From Thecamonas trahens ATCC 50062 (lineage: Eukaryota > Protista > Apusomonadida): a stretch of 64,000 nucleotides of DNA. The stretch covers positions 264,922 to 328,921 of the forward strand of contig NW_013657648.1 of assembly GCF_000142905.1 (NCBI RefSeq), in the 5' to 3' direction. The position numbers and the translations under genes are program-made. Each line of letters begins with the position of its first letter. Positions within the stretch are counted from its first letter, which is position 1. The notes beneath the pieces are model-generated. The model saw nothing but the letters and a program-made list of their open reading frames with translations, ran no database searches and was not told the origin of the DNA. Below, piece after piece: positions 42,825-53,408 of the stretch.

Positions 42825-44552
42825 GCTCTCTCTCCGTCTGTGTTTATATGTATAGTGTCCGCTTCGCGTGTCAAGTTTGACGACTCTGTGGCTGGAGCGG
42901 TGGCAGCGGTGGTGGACGAGGACGACTCGACGCGGTGGGTGGTACTCGGCTACCAGAGTCAGCCGTCATCGCGTGGGCCGAATGTGCTGGAGGTCAAGGC
43001 GACGGGAGAGGATGGGGTGGAGGAGCTTGCGTGGGAGCTGAGTGACGCTGGCATTCAGTTTGCGCTCCTTCAGGTTGTGGAGCCCAAGACGTCGCTGTGG
43101 AAGCTGGTCTTCATCACCTGGGTGGGAGAGTCGTCGCCGACCTCGGTCCGCACTTTTGTCAACCAGCACACGGCAGACGTGGCCAAGGTCTTCCGCGGCT
43201 ACCATGTTCAAATCAACGCCCGCTCGGAGGACGACATTGCTGAGAGTGTGGTGCTGGATCTGGTGGCCAAGGGCGTGGGCGCAGACTACTCGGCCCACGG
43301 CGAGGGCCAGGGCATGCGATCGTCGGCGCCGCGGCCCAAGCCCAAGCCCAAGCCCAAGGGCTTTGCCATCAAGGTGGCGGCCAAGCCCAAGTGTCAGGTG
43401 TGCAAGAAGGATGTCTTCCCGGCCGACGCCGTCAAGGACTCGGGCCTGACCTGGCACAAGGCGTGCTTCCGCTGCTCGACCTGTGGCCTTGCGCTCAACC
43501 TCAAGAACTTCCGGTCGCTCAAGAACGTCCTCTACTGCGGGCCGCACCTGCCCAAGGCGCAGCACACGCAGGTTGCCGACGATATTCACACCCGCCGCGC
43601 TGTCTCGGCGCCGAAGCGCACCCTTGCGCAGGGCGCCCGCGTCGATCTCGAAGGCGGCAAGATTGTCGACCGCTCGCAGTTTGACGACGCCGCTTTTGAG
43701 CGCGAGTCGCACCTCTCGTCGGTCAACCAGTCGACTGAGAACCGCCCGTCCGAGTCGGCGTACCAGGGTGGTATTGTTCCGGGCTCCAACACCGGGCCGG
43801 CCGTCCGCGAATGGAGCAAGCCCAAGCCGGCCGAGCCGGTCGCCGATGCCTCGGCATCGTCGGGCTCGACCTGGGGTGCACCGCCGCCGTCGTCGTCTTC
43901 AAACTCGGGCGGCGGATGGGGCGCTCGGCAGAACTCGACGCCTGCGCCTGCACCGGAGCCGGAGCCGGAGCCTGAGCCTGCTGCCGACGACGGATGGGGT
44001 CAGGAGGCCGCTGCCGAGCCTGCCGCCGATGCCGGTGGCTGGGGCCAGGAAGCCGCTGCCGAGCCTGCCGCCGATGACGGTGGCTGGGGCGAGGAAGCCG
44101 CTGCCGAGCCTGCCGCCGATGACGGTGGCTGGGGCCAGGAGGCCGCTGCCGAGCCTGCCGCCGATGCCGGTGGCTGGGGCCAGGAAGCCGCTGCCGAGCC
44201 TGCCGCCGATGACGGTGGCTGGGGCGAGGAGGCTGCTGCTGCCGACGACGGCGGCTGGGGCGAGGAGGCTGCTGCTGCCGATGATGGCGGCTGGGGCGAG
44301 GAGGCTGCTGCTGCCGACGACGGCGGCTGGGGCGAGGAGGCCGCTGCCGCTGAGGGTGAGTGGGACCCGAGCCAGTACGAGCAGTGCCGCGTGCTGTACG
44401 AGTACGACGCTGCCGATGACACCGAGATCTCGCTGGTCGAGGGCGAGATTGTGTATGTGTACGAAAAGGTGGCTGAGGGCTGGTGGATCGGTGGCAAGGA
44501 CGACGGCTCTGAGGGCATGTTCCCGTCCAACTACTGCGAGCTCATCGAGTAA
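42709..44552 (+). CDS. Actin regulator: ADF-H (Abp1/drebrin/coactosin type) - LIM (LimE/LASP type) - acidic Trp repeats - SH3
   Basis: KLVFITWVGE (ADF-H); CQVC...WHKACFRCSTC...LYCGPH (LIM); VLYEYDA...EGWW...GMFPSNY (SH3). Intron 42710..42855 splits the ATG (A|TG). Confidence 0.85.
43981..44365 (+). repeat. Coding tandem repeat: 45-bp and 36-bp units encoding AD(D/A)GGWG(Q/E)EAAA(EPA)
   Basis: Nine GWG units plus a final EGEW. Confidence 0.95.
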
Positions 44553-44639
44553 GCTTGACCACACGCCCGCACCGTCGACGCAGCTGATCGATAGATTGAC
44601 CCCTCCCCTTCCCCCCCCCTGGGGGGGGGGTTTCCTTTG

Positions 44640-44768
44640 NNNNNNNNNNNNNNNNNNNNNNNNNNNNNNNNNNNNNNNNNNNNNNNNNNNNNNNNNNNNN
44701 NNNNNNNNNNNNNNNNNNNNNNNNNNNNNNNNNNNNNNNNNNNNNNNNNNNNNNNNNNNNNNNNNNNN
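44640..44768. other. Assembly gap (129 N)
   Basis: N run immediately after a C9-T-G10 self-complementary tract. Confidence 1.
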
Positions 44769-44962
44769 CTGGTCAGGTCACCAACCGACGAACCGACCAA
44801 AGCAACGCGACGCGCGGCACACCAACGACACCAACGACACCAACAACAGCAACAACGACACCAACGACAGCGACTGGTGCGTGGCGACCACACTCGACGT
44901 CCAGTCCAGGAAGAGGATAACGCGAAGGAGCAAGTTGAGGAAGACGGGCCACGGACTGGAGC

Positions 44963-46900
44963 ATGTCTGGTAGCGGAGCAAGAGCAAGAGGCAATGGAGG
45001 ACACATGGCGGGAGCAGGAGGGCATGCGGGGCGTGGAGGAGGAGCTGGCGGAGGTGGTGGACATGGACATGGACATGGGCATGGGAATGGGCATGGGCAT
45101 GGAGGAGGAGGTGGACATGCTCAGGGTCATCGACGGCGAAAGCGCGGAGTCTCGTTTGCGCATCCGTATGTGGCGGCGGATGGCGAGACAAAGTACTCGC
45201 TGCCACCTGCGGCGTATCCCCCGCCAGGCGCCGTCCCTCCTCCTGTGCATGTTCGTGTCTGGGTCGATGAGTTTACCTCGTGGGATGTGGCTACCCAACT
45301 AGTGGCCCTCTACACGCTCATAACCTCGCTCTCGCTCACTCTCCTCACCGCCCTCACTGCGTGGCTCCCGCTCGCCTCCAAGCGCGACTTTGTAGCAGAG
45401 CTGCCGGGCAACATCGTCCGCTCCATCCTGCTGTATCTCGACATGCGGACGCTGGCAAAGGCCACACAGGTGTCACGGGCGTGGCGCGCTCGCGCTGAAG
45501 ATCAGCAGCTGTGGGAGGGCTACTGCAAGGCCGGCTGGCCCATGCACGTTCGTGCCCGCCTTGTGGCCCAGGAGGAGGCTCGTGCTCTGGCGGCATCGGC
45601 ATCAGATGCCGCAGACTCGCTGGTGTTCTGGAAGGACGTTTTTCGCGAGCGTTACGTTGTCGACGCCGGCTGGGAGCGCGGTCTGTTTGCGCAGAGCGTG
45701 CTCGCCGACGCCGTCCCGCGTCGGTGCTTTGACTTTGACGACGACGTCGTCGCTCGCTCTGGCAAGATCGTGTCCGGCGGCTTCACCAGCGTCTACGTCA
45801 CCGACCTGTACTCGGGCGAGCGAATGTCGTCTATTGACACCCATCACTCGTCGTGGATTTATTCGCTCCGCTACTCGACCGCCTTTGACGTGCTCGTCAC
45901 CGGGTGCTGGGACGGCCTCGCGCGGGTCTTTTCGCTCTCGTCGGGCAAGTGCCTCGCACAGCTCGAGGGCCACAAGGGTGGAGTGTGGTCCATCGCGCCC
46001 GACTTTGCCGGCAACAAGGTGGTCTCGGCCTCTAACGACGCCACGCTCCGGGTGTGGGACATGAACACCACGGCATGCCTCAACGTGCTGCAGGGGCACG
46101 CCTCGGGCGTGTACGATGTCCAGCTCGTCAACGATGGCGTGCTCTCGTCGTCGCCGCTGGTGATCTCGGCCTCGGCTGACTACCATCTCAAAATGTGGGA
46201 TATGCGCGCGTCCGGTCGCGAGGCATGCGTTGCTACGTTCAAGGGCCACTCGGACGTGGTCTCGTGCTGCCAAGTTGACGGCACCACCATGTTCTCTGGC
46301 TCGCACGACGGCCTCGTCAAGGCGTGGGACTTGGCGGCCGGCAAGTCGGCACCTGTCGCCAACTTCACCGGCGCACTGCACCGCATCAAGTGCCTTCAGT
46401 TTGACGACGCCAAGCTTGTTGCTGGCTCGACCGACGGCACTGTCCGGTTGTGGAATCGGCGCGACGTCAAGCTCGGCTCTGGCGGCGGCTCGGCGTACGA
46501 CAACGCGTACGAGCCGATGTACACGCTCTACGGCCACACGTCCGAGGTCTCGGCCCTTGGCTTTAACGACAACAAGCTGGTCACGGCCTCACGCGACAAC
46601 ACCCTTCGCGTTTGGTCGGTCGTAGCTGACTCGGGCCTCATTGCCGAGCACGAGGCAGCCAAGGCCTCGCTCTCTGCCGCCGACGCCGCCGCCATCCGCA
46701 CCGCACTGCCAGAGAACCCCAATCCGCTCTCGCTCTCAGTTCTTGTCTCGGACTCGCCAGGCAAGACGCCGAGCTCGCCTCTCAAGTCGCGTATGCGTCC
46801 GTCGTCGGCCTCGCCGTCGCGCCGCCCGCGAGCTCGCCCGTCGTCGGGCGCTCGGCCGCAGACCTCGTCGGGCGCCCGCCGGCGGCATCGTGACGAGTAG
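44963..46900 (+). CDS. F-box/WD40 protein (FBXW7/beta-TrCP/Met30-like SCF substrate receptor)
   Basis: F-box DFVAELPGNIVRSILLYLDMRTLAKATQVSRAWR; ~7 GH...WD repeats; (GH)n N-terminus. Confidence 0.9.
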   Translation: MSGSGARARGNGGHMAGAGGHAGRGGGAGGGGGHGHGHGHGNGHGHGGGGGHAQGHRRRKRGVSFAHPYVAADGETKYSLPPAAYPPPGAVPPPVHVRVWVDEFTSWDVATQLVALYTLITSLSLTLLTALTAWLPLASKRDFVAELPGNIVRSILLYLDMRTLAKATQVSRAWRARAEDQQLWEGYCKAGWPMHVRARLVAQEEARALAASASDAADSLVFWKDVFRERYVVDAGWERGLFAQSVLADAVPRRCFDFDDDVVARSGKIVSGGFTSVYVTDLYSGERMSSIDTHHSSWIYSLRYSTAFDVLVTGCWDGLARVFSLSSGKCLAQLEGHKGGVWSIAPDFAGNKVVSASNDATLRVWDMNTTACLNVLQGHASGVYDVQLVNDGVLSSSPLVISASADYHLKMWDMRASGREACVATFKGHSDVVSCCQVDGTTMFSGSHDGLVKAWDLAAGKSAPVANFTGALHRIKCLQFDDAKLVAGSTDGTVRLWNRRDVKLGSGGGSAYDNAYEPMYTLYGHTSEVSALGFNDNKLVTASRDNTLRVWSVVADSGLIAEHEAAKASLSAADAAAIRTALPENPNPLSLSVLVSDSPGKTPSSPLKSRMRPSSASPSRRPRARPSSGARPQTSSGARRRHRDE

Positions 46901-46953
46901 CCCTTTCCTACCTATCGCATTTAGGTGCAGCAAGCTGCAGAGCGAGTCACAAG

Positions 46954-48162
46954 CTACGGATCAAACACAATGAGCAGGGCTGTCACATTGTCCATCGAGC
47001 CCAAGTCAATTGCCCGCGCCACAAGCTGGTCCACGATGGCCTGCACGTCGAGGCCCGAATTGAGCCGGCGGACGACAAAGCCTGCGGCCACGTCAAAGGC
47101 CATGACGTCCCACAGGCCATCGCAAGCCATCAGCACAAAGTGTGCGTCGTCGGTGAGCTCAATCTTGTTGACAGACGGCACGGCCGTCAGGCCCGACGGC
47201 TTGCCTTTGGTGTACTGGTCATGCTTGAACGTGAGATCGCCGAGCGCTTTGGAGACTGCAATGGAGAACATCGAGCCCGGAAGGACCGGGTGCCGAAGCC
47301 GTCCGTTGGGCATTACCGTCCCGCCCAGCTGAGCCACCCGCTCGCGCTCTGCCGGGTTCTTGGCTGGGTTGTGGCAGGTGGTGAGCTCGGAAATGCCGGC
47401 CGTAGTGCATGTGAGGATGGCTTCCGAGTCACCGGCGTTGGCCACCCAGAGCGTTGTCCCGCGAAGATATGCCACCACTGCAGTCGTTCCGTCGTCGGCC
47501 TCGGTGCTAATGGCCGACTCGAGCCAACTCGTCTCGAGCGTAGCAAACGCCTGCGTGAGCGCAGCCTCAGGATCTTCGGCAAAGGCCGGCGCCGAGACAA
47601 GCGTCTCAATGATGTTGTCTGCACAGTACTTGGCACACTCAGCGCCCGAGTGGCCGTCAAAGACAGCAAATAGCGCGTGCCAACCGCCTTCAGGCAGCTC
47701 CATGGCAGCAGATGACGATGCGGCGCGGGCGGCCAGGTCGAGGCACACCAGATCGGCATCCTCCATCGTCTTGCGCTTGCCCTGATCATGCGCGACTGCA
47801 ACCGAGAGACCCGACGTGCCAATAGCTGTTGCACGCGTCGGCACCGTCGTCACCTGGACTTCTGCCAGCGAGTGCGCCACTGGGCCAGCCTCGCTCACCA
47901 TCGCGGCGCCGACAACGTCACCAAACTCGGCCACTTGCGCAGCTTCAAAGAACACCGCGTCGGCTCCGACGTCATCACCGCTCAGCACCAACGAGCCATC
48001 CGACGACAAACCATCTGAGCAGGATGACGATGACGATGACGATGAGGACGACGAAGAGGACGACGAGGATGAGGACGCGTGAAATGATGCGTTCGCGACG
48101 GAAGGTGCGGGCAGTGCGGCAGGTGGCGTCTCGCCCTCGTCGTTGGTCGGAAGTGCGGACAT
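46954..48162 (-). CDS. PP2C (PPM) protein phosphatase
   Basis: QGKRKTMED, FAVFDGHSG, GTTAV, VANAGDSEA, AVSKALGD, ACDGLWDV, GSMDNVT. Confidence 0.95.
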   Translation of the reverse strand: MSALPTNDEGETPPAALPAPSVANASFHASSSSSSSSSSSSSSSSSSCSDGLSSDGSLVLSGDDVGADAVFFEAAQVAEFGDVVGAAMVSEAGPVAHSLAEVQVTTVPTRATAIGTSGLSVAVAHDQGKRKTMEDADLVCLDLAARAASSSAAMELPEGGWHALFAVFDGHSGAECAKYCADNIIETLVSAPAFAEDPEAALTQAFATLETSWLESAISTEADDGTTAVVAYLRGTTLWVANAGDSEAILTCTTAGISELTTCHNPAKNPAERERVAQLGGTVMPNGRLRHPVLPGSMFSIAVSKALGDLTFKHDQYTKGKPSGLTAVPSVNKIELTDDAHFVLMACDGLWDVMAFDVAAGFVVRRLNSGLDVQAIVDQLVARAIDLGSMDNVTALLIVFDP

Positions 48163-48481
48163 GGGTTGCTGGACGGAGAGGGAGGGGAGAGGGGGGGGGA
48201 AGGGGGGGGGGGAGGGAGGGAGGAGGAAGGAGGGGAGAGTGGTGGGCTGAGTGGACGTGCACGTGACCCGTCGCGAGGGTGAGGTGGGTGAAGGGGCAAA
48301 GCACCCCCGTACCACACACACACCCCAAAGGTGCGGGGAGTGACCTGGGACCACGTGGCTGTTCGGGCGGGGGGGGAGGGGGGGGAGAGGGGGGGGGGGA
48401 GAAGCTGTTTGGCGATTTTCTCCTTCTTTCTCTTTTCTTGGTTTTTTGGGGGGCAACGTGGGTGGCGCTGATGCAGGATGC

Positions 48482-49236
48482 TCAAGCCAGGGAGAGGTCC
48501 TTGGCGGTGGTGGAGATGATGTAGTCAAGCTTGGGGAAGTTGCTGTGGAGATAGGCGTTGCCCTGGGAGTAGATGAGCTCCTGGTTCGGCTCCTGCTGGT
48601 AGCCGGCGTAGATGGCGTCAACGACATCCATACCCTGGGTGACGGTACCGATGCCGGCAAAGCCCATGCCGTCAAGGCGCGAGTTGTCGGCAAAGTTAAT
48701 GAACAGCTGGGTGGTGCGGGTGTTGGGCCCGGCGGCAGCGTAGGAGAGCACGCCGCGGGTGTTGGAGAGCTTGACCGGATCGTCCTTGATCTCCTTGTTC
48801 ATCCACTCCTTGGAGACGGCCGGTGAGCCCGAGATGCCAAACTGAACCACAAACTGCGGGACGACACGGAAGAACCCGTTGAGGTCGTAGTACGAAGCCG
48901 AGCCGGCTGGCGAGCCGAGCGTCACAAGCTCCCACAGCCGGTCAGCGCCGAGCGGCGCATCCGCCCGGTTGACCTCGAGAAGGAACGACGAGTTGTTGTT
49001 GACCGTGGTGTGGAACTGGATGGAGGAGGAGGGAGGAGGGGGAGGTAGTCGCCGTGGCGGTGGTTGGGTGAGTGGGCGCGGTGGGGATGCGATGCGGGGT
49101 GGGGTGGGGGTGGGGGGGTGGGGGGAGGGGGGGGTGGGGGCATGCGTACCTCGACCGAGTACTTGGCCGGAGCGGTGGCGGCTGCAGAGGCCGCAAGGAG
49201 GGCCAGGATGGCGAAGAGAGGAAGAAGGTGATGCAT
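48482..49236 (-). CDS. Secreted/ER cyclophilin-type peptidyl-prolyl isomerase
   Basis: Exon 1 49236..49150 (signal peptide), GTACGC...CCAG intron, exon 2 49015..48482 with FFRVVPQFVVQFG, SNTRG, RTTQLFIN, GTVTQGMDVVD. Confidence 0.9.
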
Positions 49237-49651
49237 GGTGTGGGTGCCCAGGGGGTAGGGGGGGGGAGTGTGGTGGTGGCGATGCCTGCCTGGCAAAGGT
49301 CACGCGTGTCTCGAGCAGTGACAGGTCGGGCTGGGAGCCGTGGCAGTTGGCTCGTTGGTTGGTCGGCTGGCAATTGATTGGTTTGGGCCGCGTGGCTGGG
49401 GATGACGTAATTGGAGCGGTGGCGGGCGCAAAACAAGGTGTGTTTCGGCCAGCCCCGACACGCAGCAGCCTGACTCAACGCAACCGCACACACTCCACAC
49501 GCTCACACACCATACCATCACCGTGAGCACCATTACTTCCATCTGGGTCTCTCTGCTGGTAGCGTGCTTGATACTCGGCGTGACGTGTGATCTGTACACC
49601 TGTGACGAGACAGACACCATCTATAACAACAACATCCTCATCATCAACAAC

Positions 49652-50643
49652 ATGGCTCAGGCAAGTGCGGCTGCGGCCACGCTTCGGGGAATCTCGCAGG
49701 TCATCAAGGCTGTGCCGACGTCGGATGGCGCAGGCGTGCGGCTGATGCGGACGATCGGGACGCGCAAGCTCGACTCGCTTGATCCGTTTCTTCTGCTCGA
49801 CGAGTTTAAGTCGGACGATCCGAGCGGGTACATTGCCGGCTTTCCCGACCATCCGCACCGTGTACGTGGCGAGGGCAGCATGATAGCCAGAGATCCTGTT
49901 TGCTCGCGATGACAGTAGCTTCCCCCGCTCCCCCCCCCCCCCCCTCTCCCCGCAATCACTCACATCGGGCTGGCGCTGCGCAGGGCTTTGAGACGGTGAC
50001 GTACATGCTTGCTGGGCGGATGGAGCACAAGGACTCGGTGGGCAACACCGGGAACTTGGTGCCGGGCTCAGTCCAGTGGATGACGGCCGGCTCGGGCATC
50101 ATCCACTCGGAGATGCCCAAGATGGAGGAGGGCCTCATGTGGGGCTTCCAGCTGTGGTGCAACTTGCCGGCTGCGCAGAAGATGACTCCGCCGCGGTACC
50201 AGGACATTCCGCCGGAGGATGTGCCCGAGGTGACGTCTGCGTCGGGCGCGACGGTCCGCATCATCGCTGGCGAGTTTGAAGGCTCGCCCGGCGCGGTGAC
50301 TGGGGTGGCGACGGCCCCGTTCTACTTTGACATTGCGCTGCCCGAGGCCGAGGCCAGCGTCTCGGTCCCTGTTCCGGAGGGGCACAACGCGTTTGTGTAC
50401 GTGTTTGATGGCGAAGTGAGCGTCGATGGCACGACGGTGCCGTGCCACGCCCTCGGCGTGCTTGACGATGGCGGCGCGGTCGAGGCGCGGGCCGTAGGCG
50501 GGCCGGCGCGCTTCCTGCTTGTCGGCGCCAAGCCGATCGGTGAGCCCGTGGCTCGCCACGGGCCGTTTGTCATGAACACCGATGAGGAGATCATGCAGGC
50601 GTTTATCGACTTCCGAAATGGCGAGCTTGTGCAGCCGCAGTAG
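49652..50643 (+). CDS. Pirin family bicupin
   Basis: LDPFLLLDEF, GFPDHPHR|GFETVTY (intron 49862..49983), QWMTAGSGIIHSE, FQLW, GPFVMNT. Confidence 0.95.
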
Positions 50644-50675
50644 GATTGCCAGTAAAGCAGAGCAGGTGCAGACGC

Positions 50676-53192
50676 CTACGAGAGCGGGGCGATGTAGTCG
50701 GCCGGTGGCGCAAGCGGCGACGACAGCAGGTGCGCGAGCAGGCCTGCACACGAGGTCGAAAACGCGTCGTTACCTGCAAGCGGGAGCCAGAGCGTGTGGA
50801 TGTAGGTCACGATCTTGGACATCTGATGCGGGTACTGGCTCTGCAGCACAAAGCCGGCAATGTCCAGCAGCGAGTGAACGCAACCGAGGATGACTGGCTT
50901 GGGCTGGAGGTTGAGGAGGCGGGCAAGGACCTTCCACAGCGACGGAACGTCTGGGATCGAGACCAAGTACGCAACAAAGATCTGAAAGTACCCGCTCATG
51001 CGCTCCAGATACCGCTCGACGTTCTCGCCGCCGACTCGCCCGATGAGCCGGGCGTAGTTCTTGCCGACCTTGTCCTTGTCAAACGTCAGCGGAACGGTGT
51101 AGATGCAGCGGCGACAGAACTCAGCCCGCATGATGGCGTGCATGTTCGGCGAGTCGCGGACGAGGCGGGCGCAGATAACAGCGAGCGGAAAGACATTGGT
51201 CCGCTTGCCGCCAACCACCTGCTGGCCCTGGGTCACCACCTGCGTCGCCACCATCTGGAACAGCAGGTTCTGGACCTCGCCGGACATGCTCTTGGCAAAC
51301 GAGTCAAAGACCTGCCAGAGCTGGGCAATCTTGCGCGGCTCGCTCGAGACTTGGTTGATCCGGGTAGTCACCTCCTTTTTGATGGCTGCCGCAGCCTCGG
51401 CCATTTTGGGGTTGCTCTCGGTCGTCTTGACCAGATTCTGCGCGGTCGCGCTTGTCTTGCACAGCTCGAGGTACTCGATGTACGCCAGCCCGGACGCAAA
51501 CTCGCGCCCCGGATAGCCCTCCATCTTTTCGCCGCGAAGATTGGGGTCGGCCGCCTCGGCCGCCTGCGCTTCGGCCGCCTTGGCCGCAGCCTTGGCCGCC
51601 TCCTCAGCGGCTGCCTTGGCTTCAGCGGCAGCCTGCGCCTTGGCCTTGGCCGCAGCCAGCACCTCGGCCGCCAGATCGGCAGCGGCTTCGGCAGCGACGT
51701 CTGCAATCACCTCGGCGACGGCGTCGTTGATGGCGTCGAGGACCAGTGCCACCCGCTCTGCCTCGGCGGCCTTGGCCGCCAGGTACGCCTCGACCCGCGC
51801 CACACCGTCTGCGTTCTCGCTCTCGAACCGCTCGCGGAGCTGGACGCGGAGCAAGCCAAGCGCCACGTCGGTCCGCTCGTTGACGTCGGCAACTTGCGAG
51901 GCGAGCGCGGCATGGACCTTGTTGGCGGCGCCAAGCGAGGACTTTAGCTGCGCCGCCGCCGTACTTGCCGCCTTGGCCTCGTGCGCCGTCCACGACGCCG
52001 TCTGCTGTGCCTGCGACGCCGCCACCTCGGCCTGCCGCTCGTCCTCGATGAGCCGCAGTGGCTCCACCGTGAGGTCGCGGAGAGGGGGCATGCGCTGCGT
52101 GCGCTGCGCAATCCCTTGCCCGTGTGCGCCAATGCTGCTGGCCACGCCAGCGTACATGCTTGCAGAGTCAAGCACCTCGTCCGACATCTCGCCGTCGTCC
52201 GACGCCGACATCGCGCTCTGTCGCACGTTAGAGTCGATTTCGCTCGGGTCGTCGACGTCGACGTGGAGGACCGGCGCGCGGAAGGTGCGGGTCGGGCTCA
52301 CGCTGGGCGCGCCCGAGCCAGCACCCGCCCGCGACCGAGGCGGCGGCGAGGCTCGGCTGCCCGCGCTCGATCCAGTCGCAAACACCGCCGCATGCGGCGC
52401 AAGGAGCCCGATGTCGGAAGACTGCGACGAGTCGCTCTCCGAATCCGAGTCCAGCTCAACTCGGAAGCCGCTGCGATTGGCGGCACGTGGCGGGTGTGCC
52501 GGCCGCGCCGGCCGAGACAGCTGCCGCGATGATGGCCGCGACGATGGCCGAGACGATGGCCGCGTCGGTGATGCCTGGCCGCGCAAGTCCGGAGCCAACG
52601 AGAGCGAAGCCATCGACTGCGACAGTGACCGCGAGCGGTCGGCATCCGGCTCGGGTGTGCCCCACGAGAGGCCGGCATGGCCCACCCGGCCCACCCGCCC
52701 ACTGCGGCGGACTCGCCCAACACTGGCCAGTGCTGGCGACGCCAGCCTGCTCCGCGGCGCCTTATTGGGCGTAGGAGTATGTACATGGCGGGGCACCGGC
52801 TCGCGGACCGCAGCCGAGAGCAGCGACGACGACGACGGCCGGGCCAGAGCAGGAGCCGGCGCCGGCGACAGATCCAAGTCGGCGAGCAGCGAGTCGGGCG
52901 TCAGCTCGCGCGAATCGTAGCGCAACCGGCCATGCGAGGTGTTGTCGAACGAGAGCGACTTGCGGGGGCTGCGACCACTTGCGGCCGGCTGTGGAGAAGG
53001 ATGTCGAAGGAGGGTGAGGAAGGGGGGAGGGGGAGGGGAAGGGGGGAGGGGTGATTGGAGGGGAGGGGGGGGGGCAGTGATCGGACTGGGCGGCGGCAGG
53101 GGGAGGGGACGCGGAAAGGGGGAGGGGAAGGCATAGGGGCGTACCGAAGCGTTGGGGTAAAGGGGCCCGACGGGGAGACGGAGAGTAGGCAT
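50676..53192 (-). CDS. GLE1: mRNA export factor GLE1-like
   Basis: Disordered N-terminus, coiled coil, then YLERMSGY...LWKVLARLLN...LLDIAGFVLQSQYPHQMSK. A C-rich in-frame intron at 53144..52989 is likely; start 53192 or 53357. Confidence 0.8.
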   Translation of the reverse strand: MPTLRLPVGPLYPNASVRPYAFPSPFPRPLPLPPPSPITAPPPPLQSPLPPSPPPPPFLTLLRHPSPQPAASGRSPRKSLSFDNTSHGRLRYDSRELTPDSLLADLDLSPAPAPALARPSSSSLLSAAVREPVPRHVHTPTPNKAPRSRLASPALASVGRVRRSGRVGRVGHAGLSWGTPEPDADRSRSLSQSMASLSLAPDLRGQASPTRPSSRPSSRPSSRQLSRPARPAHPPRAANRSGFRVELDSDSESDSSQSSDIGLLAPHAAVFATGSSAGSRASPPPRSRAGAGSGAPSVSPTRTFRAPVLHVDVDDPSEIDSNVRQSAMSASDDGEMSDEVLDSASMYAGVASSIGAHGQGIAQRTQRMPPLRDLTVEPLRLIEDERQAEVAASQAQQTASWTAHEAKAASTAAAQLKSSLGAANKVHAALASQVADVNERTDVALGLLRVQLRERFESENADGVARVEAYLAAKAAEAERVALVLDAINDAVAEVIADVAAEAAADLAAEVLAAAKAKAQAAAEAKAAAEEAAKAAAKAAEAQAAEAADPNLRGEKMEGYPGREFASGLAYIEYLELCKTSATAQNLVKTTESNPKMAEAAAAIKKEVTTRINQVSSEPRKIAQLWQVFDSFAKSMSGEVQNLLFQMVATQVVTQGQQVVGGKRTNVFPLAVICARLVRDSPNMHAIMRAEFCRRCIYTVPLTFDKDKVGKNYARLIGRVGGENVERYLERMSGYFQIFVAYLVSIPDVPSLWKVLARLLNLQPKPVILGCVHSLLDIAGFVLQSQYPHQMSKIVTYIHTLWLPLAGNDAFSTSCAGLLAHLLSSPLAPPADYIAPLS

Positions 53193-53408
53193 GTGTGGCA
53201 AAGAACGACATGGACTCGGCCGACTGTGGAGCGAGTGGCGAGCGAGGACCTGGAGTGGCGCCGAACGCTGCGCCTCGAGCCGAGTGGGGTGTGGCTGCGG
53301 GGGCTGTTGTGTGTTGAGGCGGGCATCGCGGCGGGGAGGCACAGTCGGCATCGTCATTCAATGATCACCGGCTGATACTAGTCGGCTTTCGCGGCAACCG
53401 CGCTGAAA

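Noticed and set aside
44611-44630. C9-T-G10 hairpin resembling an intrinsic terminator
   Set aside because: Eukaryotic context and directly beside an assembly gap, so the sequence is low-confidence
48163-48693. Long N-terminal extension of the PP2C ORF overlapping the cyclophilin gene
   Set aside because: The extension is cyclophilin off-frame sequence plus C-rich promoter DNA; ATG 48162 is the plausible start
46954-50643. Bacterial contamination or operon suggested by pirin, bacterial-type cyclophilin and tight gene packing
   Set aside because: Both genes contain GT-AG introns, orientations are mixed and the neighbours are eukaryote-specific
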